Source of the DNA: an uncultured Acidobacteriota bacterium
GTDB taxonomy: Bacteria > Acidobacteriota > Thermoanaerobaculia > UBA5066 > Gp7-AA6
Reading direction: 5' to 3'
Length of the DNA: 64,000 bases
Assembly (NCBI GenBank): GCA_963764715.1
Contig: CAVXTP010000014.1
Location: 96,001 to 160,000 of the forward strand
Shown here: positions 39,173 through 49,039 of the stretch, in pieces
Numbering within the stretch: the first letter of the stretch is position 1
How the letters are laid out: every line of letters starts with the position of its first letter
Notes under the pieces: model-generated
The model's database searches: none
Told to the model about the DNA's origin: nothing
The model's input: the letters and a program-made list of their open reading frames with translations, nothing else
Made by a program: the position numbers and the translations under genes

Positions 39173-40323
39173 GCTTCGACTTCTCGCCCGAGAACCTCGA
39201 CCGGGAGTTCCCGGTCCGCCGGAACCTCGTCTACCTCAACCACGCGGCCGCCTCGCCCTTGCCCCGCCGCGTCGCCGACGCGATCGTCGCGCACGTCGAG
39301 AACGTCCGGGACCGGGGCATCGCGGACTGGCGGCGGCACTACGGCGACGTCGAGAAGACCCGGGCGAAGGCGGCGCGCTTCATCGGCGCCGCGCCCGAGG
39401 AGATCGCGTTCCTCCCGAACACCTCCTGGGCGGTCAACCTCGTCGCCCTCGGCTTTCCGTGGCGGAAGGGCGACAACGTCGTCACCGACGACATGGAGTT
39501 TCCCTCCAACGCCTACCCCTGGCGCGCGCTCGAGCGCCGCGGCGTCGACTGCCGGGTCGCCGTCAGCCACGGGGGCCGCGTCACGCTCGATTCGCTCGCG
39601 GCCCTCGTCGACGCGCGCACGCGGGTCGTCGCCGTCTCCTGGGTGGCCTTCCACAACGGCTTCGTCTTCCCGCTCCGGGAGATCGGCGCCCTCTGCCGAA
39701 AGCACGGGATTCTCTTCTTCGTCGACGGGATCCAGGGCCTCGGGCTCCTCCCGGCCGACGTCCGCGGCGCCGGAATCGACGTCCTCGCGGCCGACGGCCA
39801 CAAGTGGCTCTACGGCGCGGAGGGCGGCGCCGTCTTCTACGTCTCCGAGAAGGCGCGGGACCGCGTGCCGGCGATCGCGTCCGGCTGGTGGAACCTCAAG
39901 ACCGAGGGCGACTACCTCGAGTACCGGGCCTCGCCGTACGAGGGCGCGCGGCGCTACGAGCCGGGCACGCTGCCGATCGACCACGTCCGGGGCCTGTCGG
40001 CGTCGCTCGATCTCCTCGAGGAGATGGGCGGCGAGGCCGTCCTCTCGCGGGTGCTCGGCCTCGTGCGCACGCTCGCCGAGGGCCTCGACCGCCGCGGCTG
40101 GAAGATCGCCACGCCCGAGCCGTTCGCGTCCGGGATCCTCGCCGCGCGCCCGCCGGGCGGCGAGGTCGCCCGGTGGGCCAAGGCCCTCGAGGGGCGCGGC
40201 ATCATCGTCGCCCCGCGCGAACGCGCCGTGCGCTTCTCGCCCCACGCCGGCAACGACGAGGGCGAGATCGAACGGGCCCTGCGGGAGATCGACCAGATCG
40301 CGAGCGTCACCGGAACAGGCTGA
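39169..40323 (+). CDS. Class V PLP aminotransferase (cysteine desulfurase-like)
   Basis: YLNHAA, EFPSN, VDGIQGLG, DGHKWL, RYEPGT, RFSPH. Confidence 0.9.
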   Translation: MSFDFSPENLDREFPVRRNLVYLNHAAASPLPRRVADAIVAHVENVRDRGIADWRRHYGDVEKTRAKAARFIGAAPEEIAFLPNTSWAVNLVALGFPWRKGDNVVTDDMEFPSNAYPWRALERRGVDCRVAVSHGGRVTLDSLAALVDARTRVVAVSWVAFHNGFVFPLREIGALCRKHGILFFVDGIQGLGLLPADVRGAGIDVLAADGHKWLYGAEGGAVFYVSEKARDRVPAIASGWWNLKTEGDYLEYRASPYEGARRYEPGTLPIDHVRGLSASLDLLEEMGGEAVLSRVLGLVRTLAEGLDRRGWKIATPEPFASGILAARPPGGEVARWAKALEGRGIIVAPRERAVRFSPHAGNDEGEIERALREIDQIASVTGTG

Positions 40324-40326
40324 GGC

Positions 40327-42261
40327 CTACGGGCGCGGCCCGAGCTCCCGCGTCGCGCCGCGACCCTCGACGGGAACGACTTGGCCGCGAGGCGCGGGGG
40401 CCTGGGCGACGGCGCGGCGGTAGACCGCCCCGCCCCGCGTTCCCGCGAGGACCGTCCCCCCGTCGAGCACGGCGAGCGCCAGCACCTGAGGATCGGAGAG
40501 CCCGGTTCCGGCGAGGGTCCAGGTCGCGCCCCCGTCCGCGCTCTGGTAGACGCCGACGGGCGTCCCGGCGTAGATCGAGCCCCCGGCCTCGTCCCGGACG
40601 AGGGCATAGACGCCCGCCGAGGGGAAGCCGCCCTGGACGCGCGTCCAGCTCGTGCCGTCGTTGTCGCTGACGTAGAGGCCCGGGTCCGCGCCGGCGAAAA
40701 CGCGGTGGGCGGACGCGGAGGAGAGCACGGCCCGTACGGGGCCCGAGACGCCGGTGCTCTTCTTCGTCCAGCTCGCTCCACCGTCCGTCGAGAAGTAAAC
40801 GCCGTCCTGCGCGCCGGCGACGACCGCCGAGGCGGACGTCCCGGGCGCGAGCGACAGCGTCTGGACGTCCGTCGTGCCCGCCGCCGCGGTCCAGCTCGTC
40901 CCGCCGTCGGTGCTCCGGTAGACGCCGGAGAGCGTGGCGGCGAGGATGTCCGTGGCGCTTCGCGGCAGGATCGCCCGGACGATGGTACCGGGAAGGCCGG
41001 CGTCCACGCGCTCGAAGTTCGCTCCGTCGTCGGAGCTCCGGAAGATCGCGTCGGCGGTGCCCTCGAAGATGACGCCGGGCGAAAACGGATTGAACGTGAG
41101 CACGGTCCCGAAGCCGACGAGCGGAAACGTCTGCCAGGTGCGTCCGCCGTCGGTCGACTCGGCCCCGCGGGCCGTGCCGAGCGCCAGCACGCGGCCGGAG
41201 GTCGCGGGATCCGGCGCGAGGCTCGCGACCGTCATGACGTTGACGCCCTCGCCCGCCGAAAACGCCCCGAACTGGTCGCTCACGAACAGCCCCCCGGGAT
41301 CGAGCGGCGGGTTACCGGTGCCGACGAGGAGCCGGGCCGACGCCCCCGGCGAAGCCGGCCAGGCCGCGATCGCGTTGGCGAAGAGCTGCGGCAGGTCGAG
41401 GTGCTGCCAGGCCGACGAACCGAACGCCGCCCCCCACGCGCCGTTGATGTTGGCGAGATACGCGACCCCGTTGGAATCGACGATCAGGTCCTTGACCGCG
41501 ATCGCGCCGGCGCCCGTGGTGAACGGCCCCCACAGTCCGCCGTCGTCGATCGACCGGAACACGCCCACGTTCGTGCCGGCGTAGAGGGTCGAAGACGTGG
41601 TCGGGTCGACCGCGATCGCCGAGACGTGGAGATTGCCGATGTTGTTGTTGAGCTCGGTCCAGGTCGCGCCCGAGTTCTCGCTCCGGTAGACCCCGTTGTC
41701 GACCGTGCCCAGGTACACGCGCGCGGCGTTGGTCGGGTCGACCGTCAGGGCGTCCGGCCGGAAGGTCGACGCCGGCGTCGTGAGGGTCTCCCAGGTCGCG
41801 CCGGCGTCGGCGCTGCGGCCGACCCAGCCCGAGAGGCTCGCGGCGTAGGCCGCCGCGCCCGCCGGGTCGAAGACGAGCGCGTCGATCGTGTCCGCCGGGA
41901 CCGGCGCGCCGAGCAGCGCCCAGGACGCGCCGCCGTCGGCGCTGCGAAACGCGCCGACGTCCGTGCCCGCGAGCACGATCTGCGCGTTCGCCGGGGAAAC
42001 CGCGAGGCTCCGGACGTCGAAGTTGGTCAGGCCCGAGCTCGCGATCGACCAGCTCGCCCCGCCGTCCTCGGTCCTGAAGACGCCGCTCGAGTCGCCGGCG
42101 AGATATGCGACGTCCGGATCCGACGCCGCGGCCGCCACGACCAGGACCGCGCCTCCCGCCGGGCCGACGCTCGTCCACGCGGCGTCCGCGCCCGCCGCCG
42201 CTGCGGCGACGCCGGCGAGAAGCAGCACGGTGGCGCCGCGCCGCGGAGTTTCAGAACGCAC
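40327..42261 (-). CDS. Secreted BNR/Asp-box repeat protein
   Basis: Signal peptide, WTSVGPAGG, many SxDGGxSW boxes; start uncertain (GTG 42261 or 42276). Confidence 0.85.
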   Translation of the reverse strand: MRSETPRRGATVLLLAGVAAAAAGADAAWTSVGPAGGAVLVVAAAASDPDVAYLAGDSSGVFRTEDGGASWSIASSGLTNFDVRSLAVSPANAQIVLAGTDVGAFRSADGGASWALLGAPVPADTIDALVFDPAGAAAYAASLSGWVGRSADAGATWETLTTPASTFRPDALTVDPTNAARVYLGTVDNGVYRSENSGATWTELNNNIGNLHVSAIAVDPTTSSTLYAGTNVGVFRSIDDGGLWGPFTTGAGAIAVKDLIVDSNGVAYLANINGAWGAAFGSSAWQHLDLPQLFANAIAAWPASPGASARLLVGTGNPPLDPGGLFVSDQFGAFSAGEGVNVMTVASLAPDPATSGRVLALGTARGAESTDGGRTWQTFPLVGFGTVLTFNPFSPGVIFEGTADAIFRSSDDGANFERVDAGLPGTIVRAILPRSATDILAATLSGVYRSTDGGTSWTAAAGTTDVQTLSLAPGTSASAVVAGAQDGVYFSTDGGASWTKKSTGVSGPVRAVLSSASAHRVFAGADPGLYVSDNDGTSWTRVQGGFPSAGVYALVRDEAGGSIYAGTPVGVYQSADGGATWTLAGTGLSDPQVLALAVLDGGTVLAGTRGGAVYRRAVAQAPAPRGQVVPVEGRGATRELGPRP

Positions 42262-44020
42262 TCGTGTCCGCCACACTCGCGAGATTACCGCGTTCGTTGT
42301 GGTAGGTGCGGCGTTCGCCCGTCAGCGTGTCGGTCACGGTGATCTGGTACTCGACGTTGGAAAGCGCCCCATAAAAGACCCAGAAGTGCCCGTTGAACCC
42401 GCGCCCGTCGAGGACCTTCACGACGAGCTCGATGTTGGCGGGATCGAAGAACCAGAAGTATCCGGTATCCGCCGTGAGGGCTTCGGTGGGCGCCGGAGCC
42501 GAGGGCCCGAGGGGTGTTCGGGTGAAGACGGCCTCGACGCTGAACCGCCCCTGCTGAAGGCACACGGTGTACGGCCCGCGCTCGCAGGCCGCGGCGAGGG
42601 CGGACTGGAGCGGCGACCGCGGCGGCGGCGGCGGGCCGAGGGGCGCCCGGCCGGCGTCCCGAAACGCGGACGTGTCCGCCACGCTCGCCTGCCACCCCTG
42701 CGGGTTGACGTAGCTCTGGATCGCGCCGGTCGCGGTGTCGAGGACGGTGATGACGTACTCGACGTTGGAGAGGGCGCCGTAAAAGACCCAGAAGTATCCG
42801 TCGAACGACCGGCCGTCGAGGACCTTGACCGCGACCTCGATGTTGTCGGGCTCGAAGAACCAGAAGGCGCCGGTATCCGGGGTCAGGGGGACGGCCTGCG
42901 CGATGCCCGCGTCGTGGCGCGTCCGCCACGAGGCCCGGACGAGAAAACGCGCCTCCTGCAGGCAGAGTGAATCGGCGCCCGCCGCGCAGGTCTCGACCGG
43001 TCCGATCGTGATCCGCAGCAGGGTCCCGTTGCCGCCGGCATATACGCGTTCGGGCCGCGACGGGTCGAGCACGACGGTGAAGAGCGCGCTGCCGCGCAAG
43101 CCGGTCGGCGTCCATGCCGCGCCGCCGTCGCGGCTGCGAAACAGGCCGTCGAGGTGAGTTCCGGCGTAGACCGCCGACTCGGGACCCGCCGCAAGCGTCG
43201 TGACGGGCGAAGCCGGCAATCCGAGACCCGCGCTCGCCCACGCGTGTCCTCCGTCGGACGTCCGGAACAGGCCGGCATCCGTCGAGACGTAGAGCGTTTC
43301 GGGCGCGTCGGGGGCCAGCGCGAGCGCGGTCGAGAGCGCCGACGTCAATCCCGCGGAACGCGGGGCCCAGGACACGCCGGCGTCGTCCGAGAAGTAGACT
43401 ACCGCTCCGGCCGGGTCCCCCGCCACCGCGGCCCAGATCCGCCCGGGATTCGCGCCGTGCGCGGCGAACGCCTGCACGGCTTTCCCGGCGAACGGCGCGA
43501 TCTCCGTCCAGGTCAGTCCGGAATCGAGGCTCGCGAGGGTCGCGAGCCTGCCGGACCGCGAGACGCAGGTCAGCACGGGGCCGCCGGCCGGGCTCGCGTA
43601 CAGCGACGCGACGCCCTGCGACGACACGACCGTGAACCAGCTCTCTCCCGCGTTGGCGCTGCGGAAGATGGACCCACCGGCCGAGGCCGCGAAGACGACG
43701 TCGGGATCCACCGGATCGATCGAGATCAGCGTGAACGCCCAGTAGGTCGGGTTGGCGGGGATGGTCGACGGCACGCGATCCTGAAGGAGCTGCCGCCAGG
43801 TCGTGCCGGCGTCTTCGGTCTTGTAGAGCCCGCGGCTGACCCCGGCGTACAGCGTCGCGGGATTCTGGGGATCGATGGCGATCGCGCCCACGGGCCCGAC
43901 GTAGTTGCCCGGAACCGCGGCGTCGGGACCGATGCTGTCCCAGCGGTTGAGGTCTTCACCCGCCGAGCGGGCGGCGAGTCCGAGGGTCGCGAGGAGTATC
44001 GCGAGCGTCCGTCGCTGCAT
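42251..44020 (-). CDS. Secreted BNR-repeat protein with two tandem C-terminal FWFF..VKVLDG..FWVFYG domains
   Basis: Signal peptide, Asp boxes, duplicated ~100-aa domain ending SVADTSAF. Confidence 0.85.
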   Translation of the reverse strand: MQRRTLAILLATLGLAARSAGEDLNRWDSIGPDAAVPGNYVGPVGAIAIDPQNPATLYAGVSRGLYKTEDAGTTWRQLLQDRVPSTIPANPTYWAFTLISIDPVDPDVVFAASAGGSIFRSANAGESWFTVVSSQGVASLYASPAGGPVLTCVSRSGRLATLASLDSGLTWTEIAPFAGKAVQAFAAHGANPGRIWAAVAGDPAGAVVYFSDDAGVSWAPRSAGLTSALSTALALAPDAPETLYVSTDAGLFRTSDGGHAWASAGLGLPASPVTTLAAGPESAVYAGTHLDGLFRSRDGGAAWTPTGLRGSALFTVVLDPSRPERVYAGGNGTLLRITIGPVETCAAGADSLCLQEARFLVRASWRTRHDAGIAQAVPLTPDTGAFWFFEPDNIEVAVKVLDGRSFDGYFWVFYGALSNVEYVITVLDTATGAIQSYVNPQGWQASVADTSAFRDAGRAPLGPPPPPRSPLQSALAAACERGPYTVCLQQGRFSVEAVFTRTPLGPSAPAPTEALTADTGYFWFFDPANIELVVKVLDGRGFNGHFWVFYGALSNVEYQITVTDTLTGERRTYHNERGNLASVADTSAF

Positions 44021-44047
44021 GAAGGACCCCCTTTTGTCGGGCGCTTC

Positions 44048-44063
44048 CGCACGAACGATGCCA
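44048..44063 (-). promoter_or_regulatory. Putative sigma54 -24/-12 promoter
   Basis: TGGCAT-CGTTC-GTGC (GG-N10-GC) upstream of the 44020 start. Confidence 0.5.
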
Positions 44064-44125
44064 TGAGTCGAGACCGGCAGGTCCCGACCGGTGAGCGACT
44101 TGGTGTTCGGCGGGCATGCGATCCT

Positions 44126-44141
44126 GTCCCAGATTTGGGAC
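44126..44141. promoter_or_regulatory. Palindromic putative activator (bEBP) site
   Basis: GTCCCA-gatt-TGGGAC, centred exactly between two divergent GG-N10-GC elements. Confidence 0.5.
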
Positions 44142-44203
44142 GGCTTGTCCCCCGAACGCTCCAGAATTCTCGCGAAGAGAGCGGCAAATGGCCGGAGAAT
44201 GAT

Positions 44204-44219
44204 CGGCATCTCGATTGCT
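44204..44219 (+). promoter_or_regulatory. Putative sigma54 -24/-12 promoter
   Basis: CGGCAT-CTCGA-TTGCT (GG-N10-GC) upstream of the 44262 start. Confidence 0.55.
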
Positions 44220-44261
44220 CTCTACGGCGACAGTCAGACCCGTAAACCGCGGGAGGTCGTC

Positions 44262-45920
44262 GTGAAACGGTGGCTCTACGGAGTCTTGGTCCTTTGCCTG
44301 AGCGTCCCGGCGGCCCCGCAGGAGAAGCAGCCACCCCAGGAGCAGCAGCCACCCTACGTCGAGCGGGTCGAGGTGCGGGTCCGTTCGGTGCTCGTCTTCA
44401 TCACCGACGCGAAAGGCAAGCCGCTCGTCGCCGCCCCCTCTCCGGCCGACCTTCGCGTAACCGAGGACGGGAAGCCCGTCGAGGTTCTCGCGGTCGAGCC
44501 GGCACGGCCGGCAGCCACGGCGCCGTCGACCACGGCGACGACGGGGGACGGAGCAACGGCGACGCCCGTCGTGCGTGAGGCAGCGGCCGTTCCGCAGTAC
44601 CTCTACCTCGACACGACGTCCCTGCAGGTCCGCTCCGTCCCGCGGATCGTCGAGACCCTCGACCGCCACCTCGAATCCCTTCTCGCGAGCGGACCCCTCG
44701 AGGTCGTCGTCGCGGACCCCGATCCGAAAGTCGCGCTCCCCTCGACCCGTGACGTCGCGGCCATCCGGGCAACTCTGAAGACTCTCCCCACGACCGCGGT
44801 GGGAAAGCAGCGCATCTACGAATCCCGCCGCGACTCACTGACCCAGATGCTCTACGACCAGACCAATCGGGGCACGACCAGCGGCCCGAGCCGGCCCGAG
44901 CTGCGAACCGCGATTCGGCAGGAAATGGCGCTGATCACGACGTCGCTCGATCGCCTCGACACCTGGGCCGCGACGCTTCCCTACGACCGGGCTTCGGTCG
45001 TCTACCTCTGCAACGACGGCTTCGACGGCGACCTGACCGAGGTCTATCGAAAGGTCCTGAACGAGAGCCTGAGCTTCGAGGACCACCAGGCCGCCATGCA
45101 GCTCCAGATGGAGTTCGGGCGGGACGCCGCCAACATCACGGCGCGGGCCGGCGACATCCTCGCGGGTCGTGGCGCGACCGCGATCGTGCTCGCGTTCGGC
45201 AACACCGACTCCGACTTCGCCACGAGCGCCGCCAACCAGGGCAAGCTCGGCACCACGGCGATCCGCCGGCCGACCAACTCGATGCCGATCAACTATTTTG
45301 CCCGGCCGAACGAGCCGCTCCTCGCGATCGCCGACCGTACGGGAGGCGAGGTCGTCTCCGTCGACAGTAAGCTGCCCCGGGCGCTCGACGACGTGGGAGG
45401 CGCTTACCTGGTGTCCTTCCGCAGCCACGCGCCGGCGGATGGGCATGCGCACCCGCTCGAGATCACGAGCGCGTCGAGCGCGATCCGGGTCCGCGCGCCG
45501 CGCGCCGTTCTCGCCGCGACGCCCCAGGCGGCATCCGCCGGGCAGGCGGTTCGCGCGCTCTCGACGCCGTCGGGCGCCGGTTCGCTGCCCGTCACGGCGG
45601 CGATCGCGGACGCCGAGAAGGCGGAGAAGGACCGGATGCGGGGACGGCTGGAAGTCTCGGCCGACCTGGGATCGATCGCCGAGGCGCTCGAGACGCTCGG
45701 GCCCGGGCGGATCCGTGTCACCGTCGCCGTCGAGAACACGAAGGGCGCCCCCTTCACCCGGAGCGAGGAAGCGGAACTCGACCACTCGGGCCAGGGAACG
45801 ATGTGGTCCTACGAAGCCAACATCACCTGGCCGCCCGACGCGACACGGGTGGCCGTGACGATCGAGGAGCTGAAGACGGGCGCGCGCGGCAGCGCGGTGG
45901 CCGAGCTGCCGAAGGACTAG
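44262..45920 (+). CDS. VWA-related domain protein (acidobacterial type), exported
   Basis: GGAGG RBS plus GTG, signal peptide, VFITDAKGKP..DLRVTEDGKPV, IADRTGG, AYLVSF. Confidence 0.8.
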   Translation: MKRWLYGVLVLCLSVPAAPQEKQPPQEQQPPYVERVEVRVRSVLVFITDAKGKPLVAAPSPADLRVTEDGKPVEVLAVEPARPAATAPSTTATTGDGATATPVVREAAAVPQYLYLDTTSLQVRSVPRIVETLDRHLESLLASGPLEVVVADPDPKVALPSTRDVAAIRATLKTLPTTAVGKQRIYESRRDSLTQMLYDQTNRGTTSGPSRPELRTAIRQEMALITTSLDRLDTWAATLPYDRASVVYLCNDGFDGDLTEVYRKVLNESLSFEDHQAAMQLQMEFGRDAANITARAGDILAGRGATAIVLAFGNTDSDFATSAANQGKLGTTAIRRPTNSMPINYFARPNEPLLAIADRTGGEVVSVDSKLPRALDDVGGAYLVSFRSHAPADGHAHPLEITSASSAIRVRAPRAVLAATPQAASAGQAVRALSTPSGAGSLPVTAAIADAEKAEKDRMRGRLEVSADLGSIAEALETLGPGRIRVTVAVENTKGAPFTRSEEAELDHSGQGTMWSYEANITWPPDATRVAVTIEELKTGARGSAVAELPKD

Positions 45921-45931
45921 CCGCACACCCG

Positions 45932-48900
45932 ATGGAGATCCTGTCGTATCCCATCGGCCTTCTCGTCGGGCTCTTCCCGATTGCCGTCGCGCTGGGTCCG
46001 TCGCAGGCCCCCGCGCATCTCCTGCTCGACCATCGTCCCGTCTGCGAGGTCACGGCGCGCTCCCCGGGTTGCATGGTGGATCTCGGGCGCGATCCGCGCG
46101 TCCACCTGCTCGAGCTCGTCCGCACCGACGCCGCCGGCCACGTCGCGGAGCGCGTGCGCCGCTGGATCAACCGGCCGGGGATCGAGCCCGAGATCCTCGC
46201 CGCGGTTTTCTGCAATGAGGCGAAGCGCCGCTGCGACTTCGACCTCACCTGGGCCCATCCGGACCGACTCGAACCTTCCCGCGTCGACCTGTCCCTCGAC
46301 GGGCGCTCCGTCTGGCATGGCAAGGACCGCAAGGGCACCGTTGCGCTCGCGGCCGGCGCGAAGCCGCAGGTCGCCGTCGCCGACGCTCTGTTTCCCGACG
46401 GCAGCCGCGCGACGTACACCCGGACGCTCTACGCCTTCAATCCCGAGGAAGCCCAGGTCGCGCTGCAGGCCGTGCCGATCGTCCCGGCCGAGGGGTCCGG
46501 TTCGGACGAGGAGATCGCCGCGCGACTGCGTGGCGCCGGCCAGCCGGTGCGGATCGTGGAAGAGACCGAAGGCGCGCTCACTCTGGTCCTCGAGCCGGAG
46601 GTGTTCGACAAGGTCCCGGGAATCCGATCCGCGCCGTCCGAGCTCGGCCGCCACGTCGTCGAGATACGGTCGCCGACGGGAGCGCTTTCCCGGGCGATGC
46701 CGGTCCATATCATCGTGCCGGACGAGAACCTGTCGTCGTTCGTCACGACGACGAGCGGAATCGGTCGCAAGCTGCTCGTCGGGGTTCCGCGCTGGTCGCG
46801 CGTGGCCGATGCCGTGGCGGCCGCCGGCTACGCTCTCGGCGGGTCGCCTCAGCGCCGCGCCCTGGTGCTCGTGCTCGGGGGCTTCGACCGGCCCAACGTC
46901 AGCAACTACTCCGCCGCGCAGGCCCAGGCCTATCTGTCCCAGGTGATGGTCCCGCTCGAGGTCTGGCGCATCGGCTCGGAGGACATCGCTCCCGAATGGC
47001 CCGCCGGACGGGTCATCCGCACGCTGTACGACCTCTACGCCGCTTTCCACGGCGTCACCGGATTCATCAAGCGCCAGCGCATCGCGTGGCTCGAGGGAAC
47101 AGGTGAGACCCGTCCAGCCGGAAATGCGCTCGCGCCCGGAATTGCGCTCGCGGGGCGCGTGGCATCGGACGTCGCAGGCCCCGCGCGCCCGGCGGTCGAC
47201 GCGGCGGCGCCTTCTCTTCCCTCGACGGGACCGGACGGCGGCGCGGTTCATGCCGTCGCCTCCGCAGGCGACGGCTCGATCGCCTACGCGGCGACCTACG
47301 CCGGCGTGTTCCGTTCGCGCGACGGTGGCGGGACCTGGACCGACGTGTCCGTGGGCCTCCCCGGAACGCCCGTCCGGTGCCTGGCCGCGAACCCGGAGCG
47401 TCCGGACTCGGTCTTCGCGGGGACCGAATCCGGGCTGTTCCGGTCGGAGGACGCCGGAGGTCGATGGCTCGCCGGCCGCGGGGTCGACGGGGCGATCTCC
47501 GCTCTCGCCCTCGATTCGAGCAGCCGGGGCCCGCTTTATGTGGGCACTTCCGATCGCGGAATCTATCGAAGCGAGGACGGCGGCAAGACGCTTCTGGCAA
47601 CGACGCTCACCCATGGCGACGTTCGTGCCATCGCGGTCCATCCGCGCGACCGCACGGTTTGGGCGGCGGTGGACGGAGGCGTATTCCGCAGCGCCGATCG
47701 CGGCTGGACATGGACTTCCGCCGGGACCTTCGGCGACCTGGTCCTCGGCCTCGCATTCGACGCGCGCGGCGCGGCACTCTACGCGGCAACGGCCGGAGAC
47801 GGGCTCTCGGTCACCACGGATTCCGGCGCCACCTGGAAGAAGACGGCCCTCGCGAACGCGTATCTCACCTCGATCCTCACATCGGGTCCCGGAGGGGGCC
47901 TCCTCGCCGGATCGCCCGACGGGATCTTCGCCTCGTCCGGAGCCCGCTGGACACTCTCGAGAGTCGGCGCGGTGGAGTCGCTCGCGGCGATCCGGCCGGG
48001 CGCCTGGATCGCCGGCGCCGCCTCCGGGATCCTGCGGGCGGATACCGGGCACCGCTGGGTCGAATCGAACGCCGGGCTGACGGCCCGTTCCGTCCACGCG
48101 CTCGCGATCGCTCCGGGCAGCTCCGCCCCGCTTCTCGCCGCGACATCGACCGGCCTCTTCGCCCGCGGCGCCGAAGGTCGCTGGGACCCGCTGCCGGGCA
48201 CACCGGGGACTTCGGCCTGGTACTCGATCGCCGCCGGCGGCGGGACCGGGGGAGCGATTCTCGCCGGATCCGCCGGTGAGATCGGGCGCGGCTCCGCGGA
48301 CGCCTGGTCCTGGTTCCCGACACCGGCGGTCTTCGGCCTCGCCGCGAGTCCCGGAGATCCGGGTCTCGCGTGCGCGGCCACGCGCGGAGGAATTCTCCGC
48401 TCGGAGGACGGCGGCGTGTCCTGGAAGGACTCGTCGAGCGGCCTGGCGAAGACCTTCGCGCTCCAGCTCGCCTTCGACGCGGCGAGCCCCTCGACGCTGT
48501 ACGCCGGAACGGCCGGAGCAGGCGTTTTTCGTAGCGGCGACGGCGGAAAGTCCTGGAAGGCCGGCGGCCGCGAGCTCTCGCGGGCCATCGTACGCTCGCT
48601 CGCGGGGGGCGTCGGCGCGGCCGGAGTCTTATATGCCGGCACCGACGGAGGCGTCTTCGGAAGCGTGACGGGCGGGAAGTCGTGGACCGCGCTCGTCGAC
48701 GGTCTGCCGCGCGCGCCCGTCTATGCCCTGGCCGCCGACCCCGCCGCGCCGCTGACGCTGTACGCGGGCACCGCCGCCGGCCTCTACGTGACTTTCGACG
48801 CGGGAAAGGCCTGGAAACCCGTGGCGCAGGCGCCGATCGCACCGATCACGGCGCTGTCGCTCGACGGCGCGGGCCGGGTGCTCCACGTCGCAACGCTCGG

Positions 48901-48934
48901 CGCCGGGGTTTTCGACCTGCCGCTGGCGCCATAG
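45932..48934 (+). CDS. Large protein: uncharacterised N-terminal region fused to a BNR-repeat beta-propeller
   Basis: Long ORF; C-terminal ~600 aa with GPDGGAV start and SxDGGxxW boxes. Confidence 0.8.
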   Translation: MEILSYPIGLLVGLFPIAVALGPSQAPAHLLLDHRPVCEVTARSPGCMVDLGRDPRVHLLELVRTDAAGHVAERVRRWINRPGIEPEILAAVFCNEAKRRCDFDLTWAHPDRLEPSRVDLSLDGRSVWHGKDRKGTVALAAGAKPQVAVADALFPDGSRATYTRTLYAFNPEEAQVALQAVPIVPAEGSGSDEEIAARLRGAGQPVRIVEETEGALTLVLEPEVFDKVPGIRSAPSELGRHVVEIRSPTGALSRAMPVHIIVPDENLSSFVTTTSGIGRKLLVGVPRWSRVADAVAAAGYALGGSPQRRALVLVLGGFDRPNVSNYSAAQAQAYLSQVMVPLEVWRIGSEDIAPEWPAGRVIRTLYDLYAAFHGVTGFIKRQRIAWLEGTGETRPAGNALAPGIALAGRVASDVAGPARPAVDAAAPSLPSTGPDGGAVHAVASAGDGSIAYAATYAGVFRSRDGGGTWTDVSVGLPGTPVRCLAANPERPDSVFAGTESGLFRSEDAGGRWLAGRGVDGAISALALDSSSRGPLYVGTSDRGIYRSEDGGKTLLATTLTHGDVRAIAVHPRDRTVWAAVDGGVFRSADRGWTWTSAGTFGDLVLGLAFDARGAALYAATAGDGLSVTTDSGATWKKTALANAYLTSILTSGPGGGLLAGSPDGIFASSGARWTLSRVGAVESLAAIRPGAWIAGAASGILRADTGHRWVESNAGLTARSVHALAIAPGSSAPLLAATSTGLFARGAEGRWDPLPGTPGTSAWYSIAAGGGTGGAILAGSAGEIGRGSADAWSWFPTPAVFGLAASPGDPGLACAATRGGILRSEDGGVSWKDSSSGLAKTFALQLAFDAASPSTLYAGTAGAGVFRSGDGGKSWKAGGRELSRAIVRSLAGGVGAAGVLYAGTDGGVFGSVTGGKSWTALVDGLPRAPVYALAADPAAPLTLYAGTAAGLYVTFDAGKAWKPVAQAPIAPITALSLDGAGRVLHVATLGAGVFDLPLAP

Positions 48935-48946
48935 GAATCGATCGGA

Positions 48947-48971
48947 GGGCGGCCGCGAGGGCCGCCCCTAC
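48947..48971. repeat. Single GTAG-type REP (reverse orientation)
   Basis: GGGCGGCCGCGAGGGCCGCCCCTAC, between convergent genes. Confidence 0.65.
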
Positions 48972-49039
48972 GACCGGGGTCGGATCGCGCGTTCGAGTGG
49001 GTTTTCGTCGCAGTGCGAGCCTGGTCCCCGCCCGGTCCC

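Noticed and set aside
10903-48971. CRISPR array from the repeated palindromes
   Set aside because: The copies are dispersed singly or as doublets, with no spacer periodicity and no cas genes.
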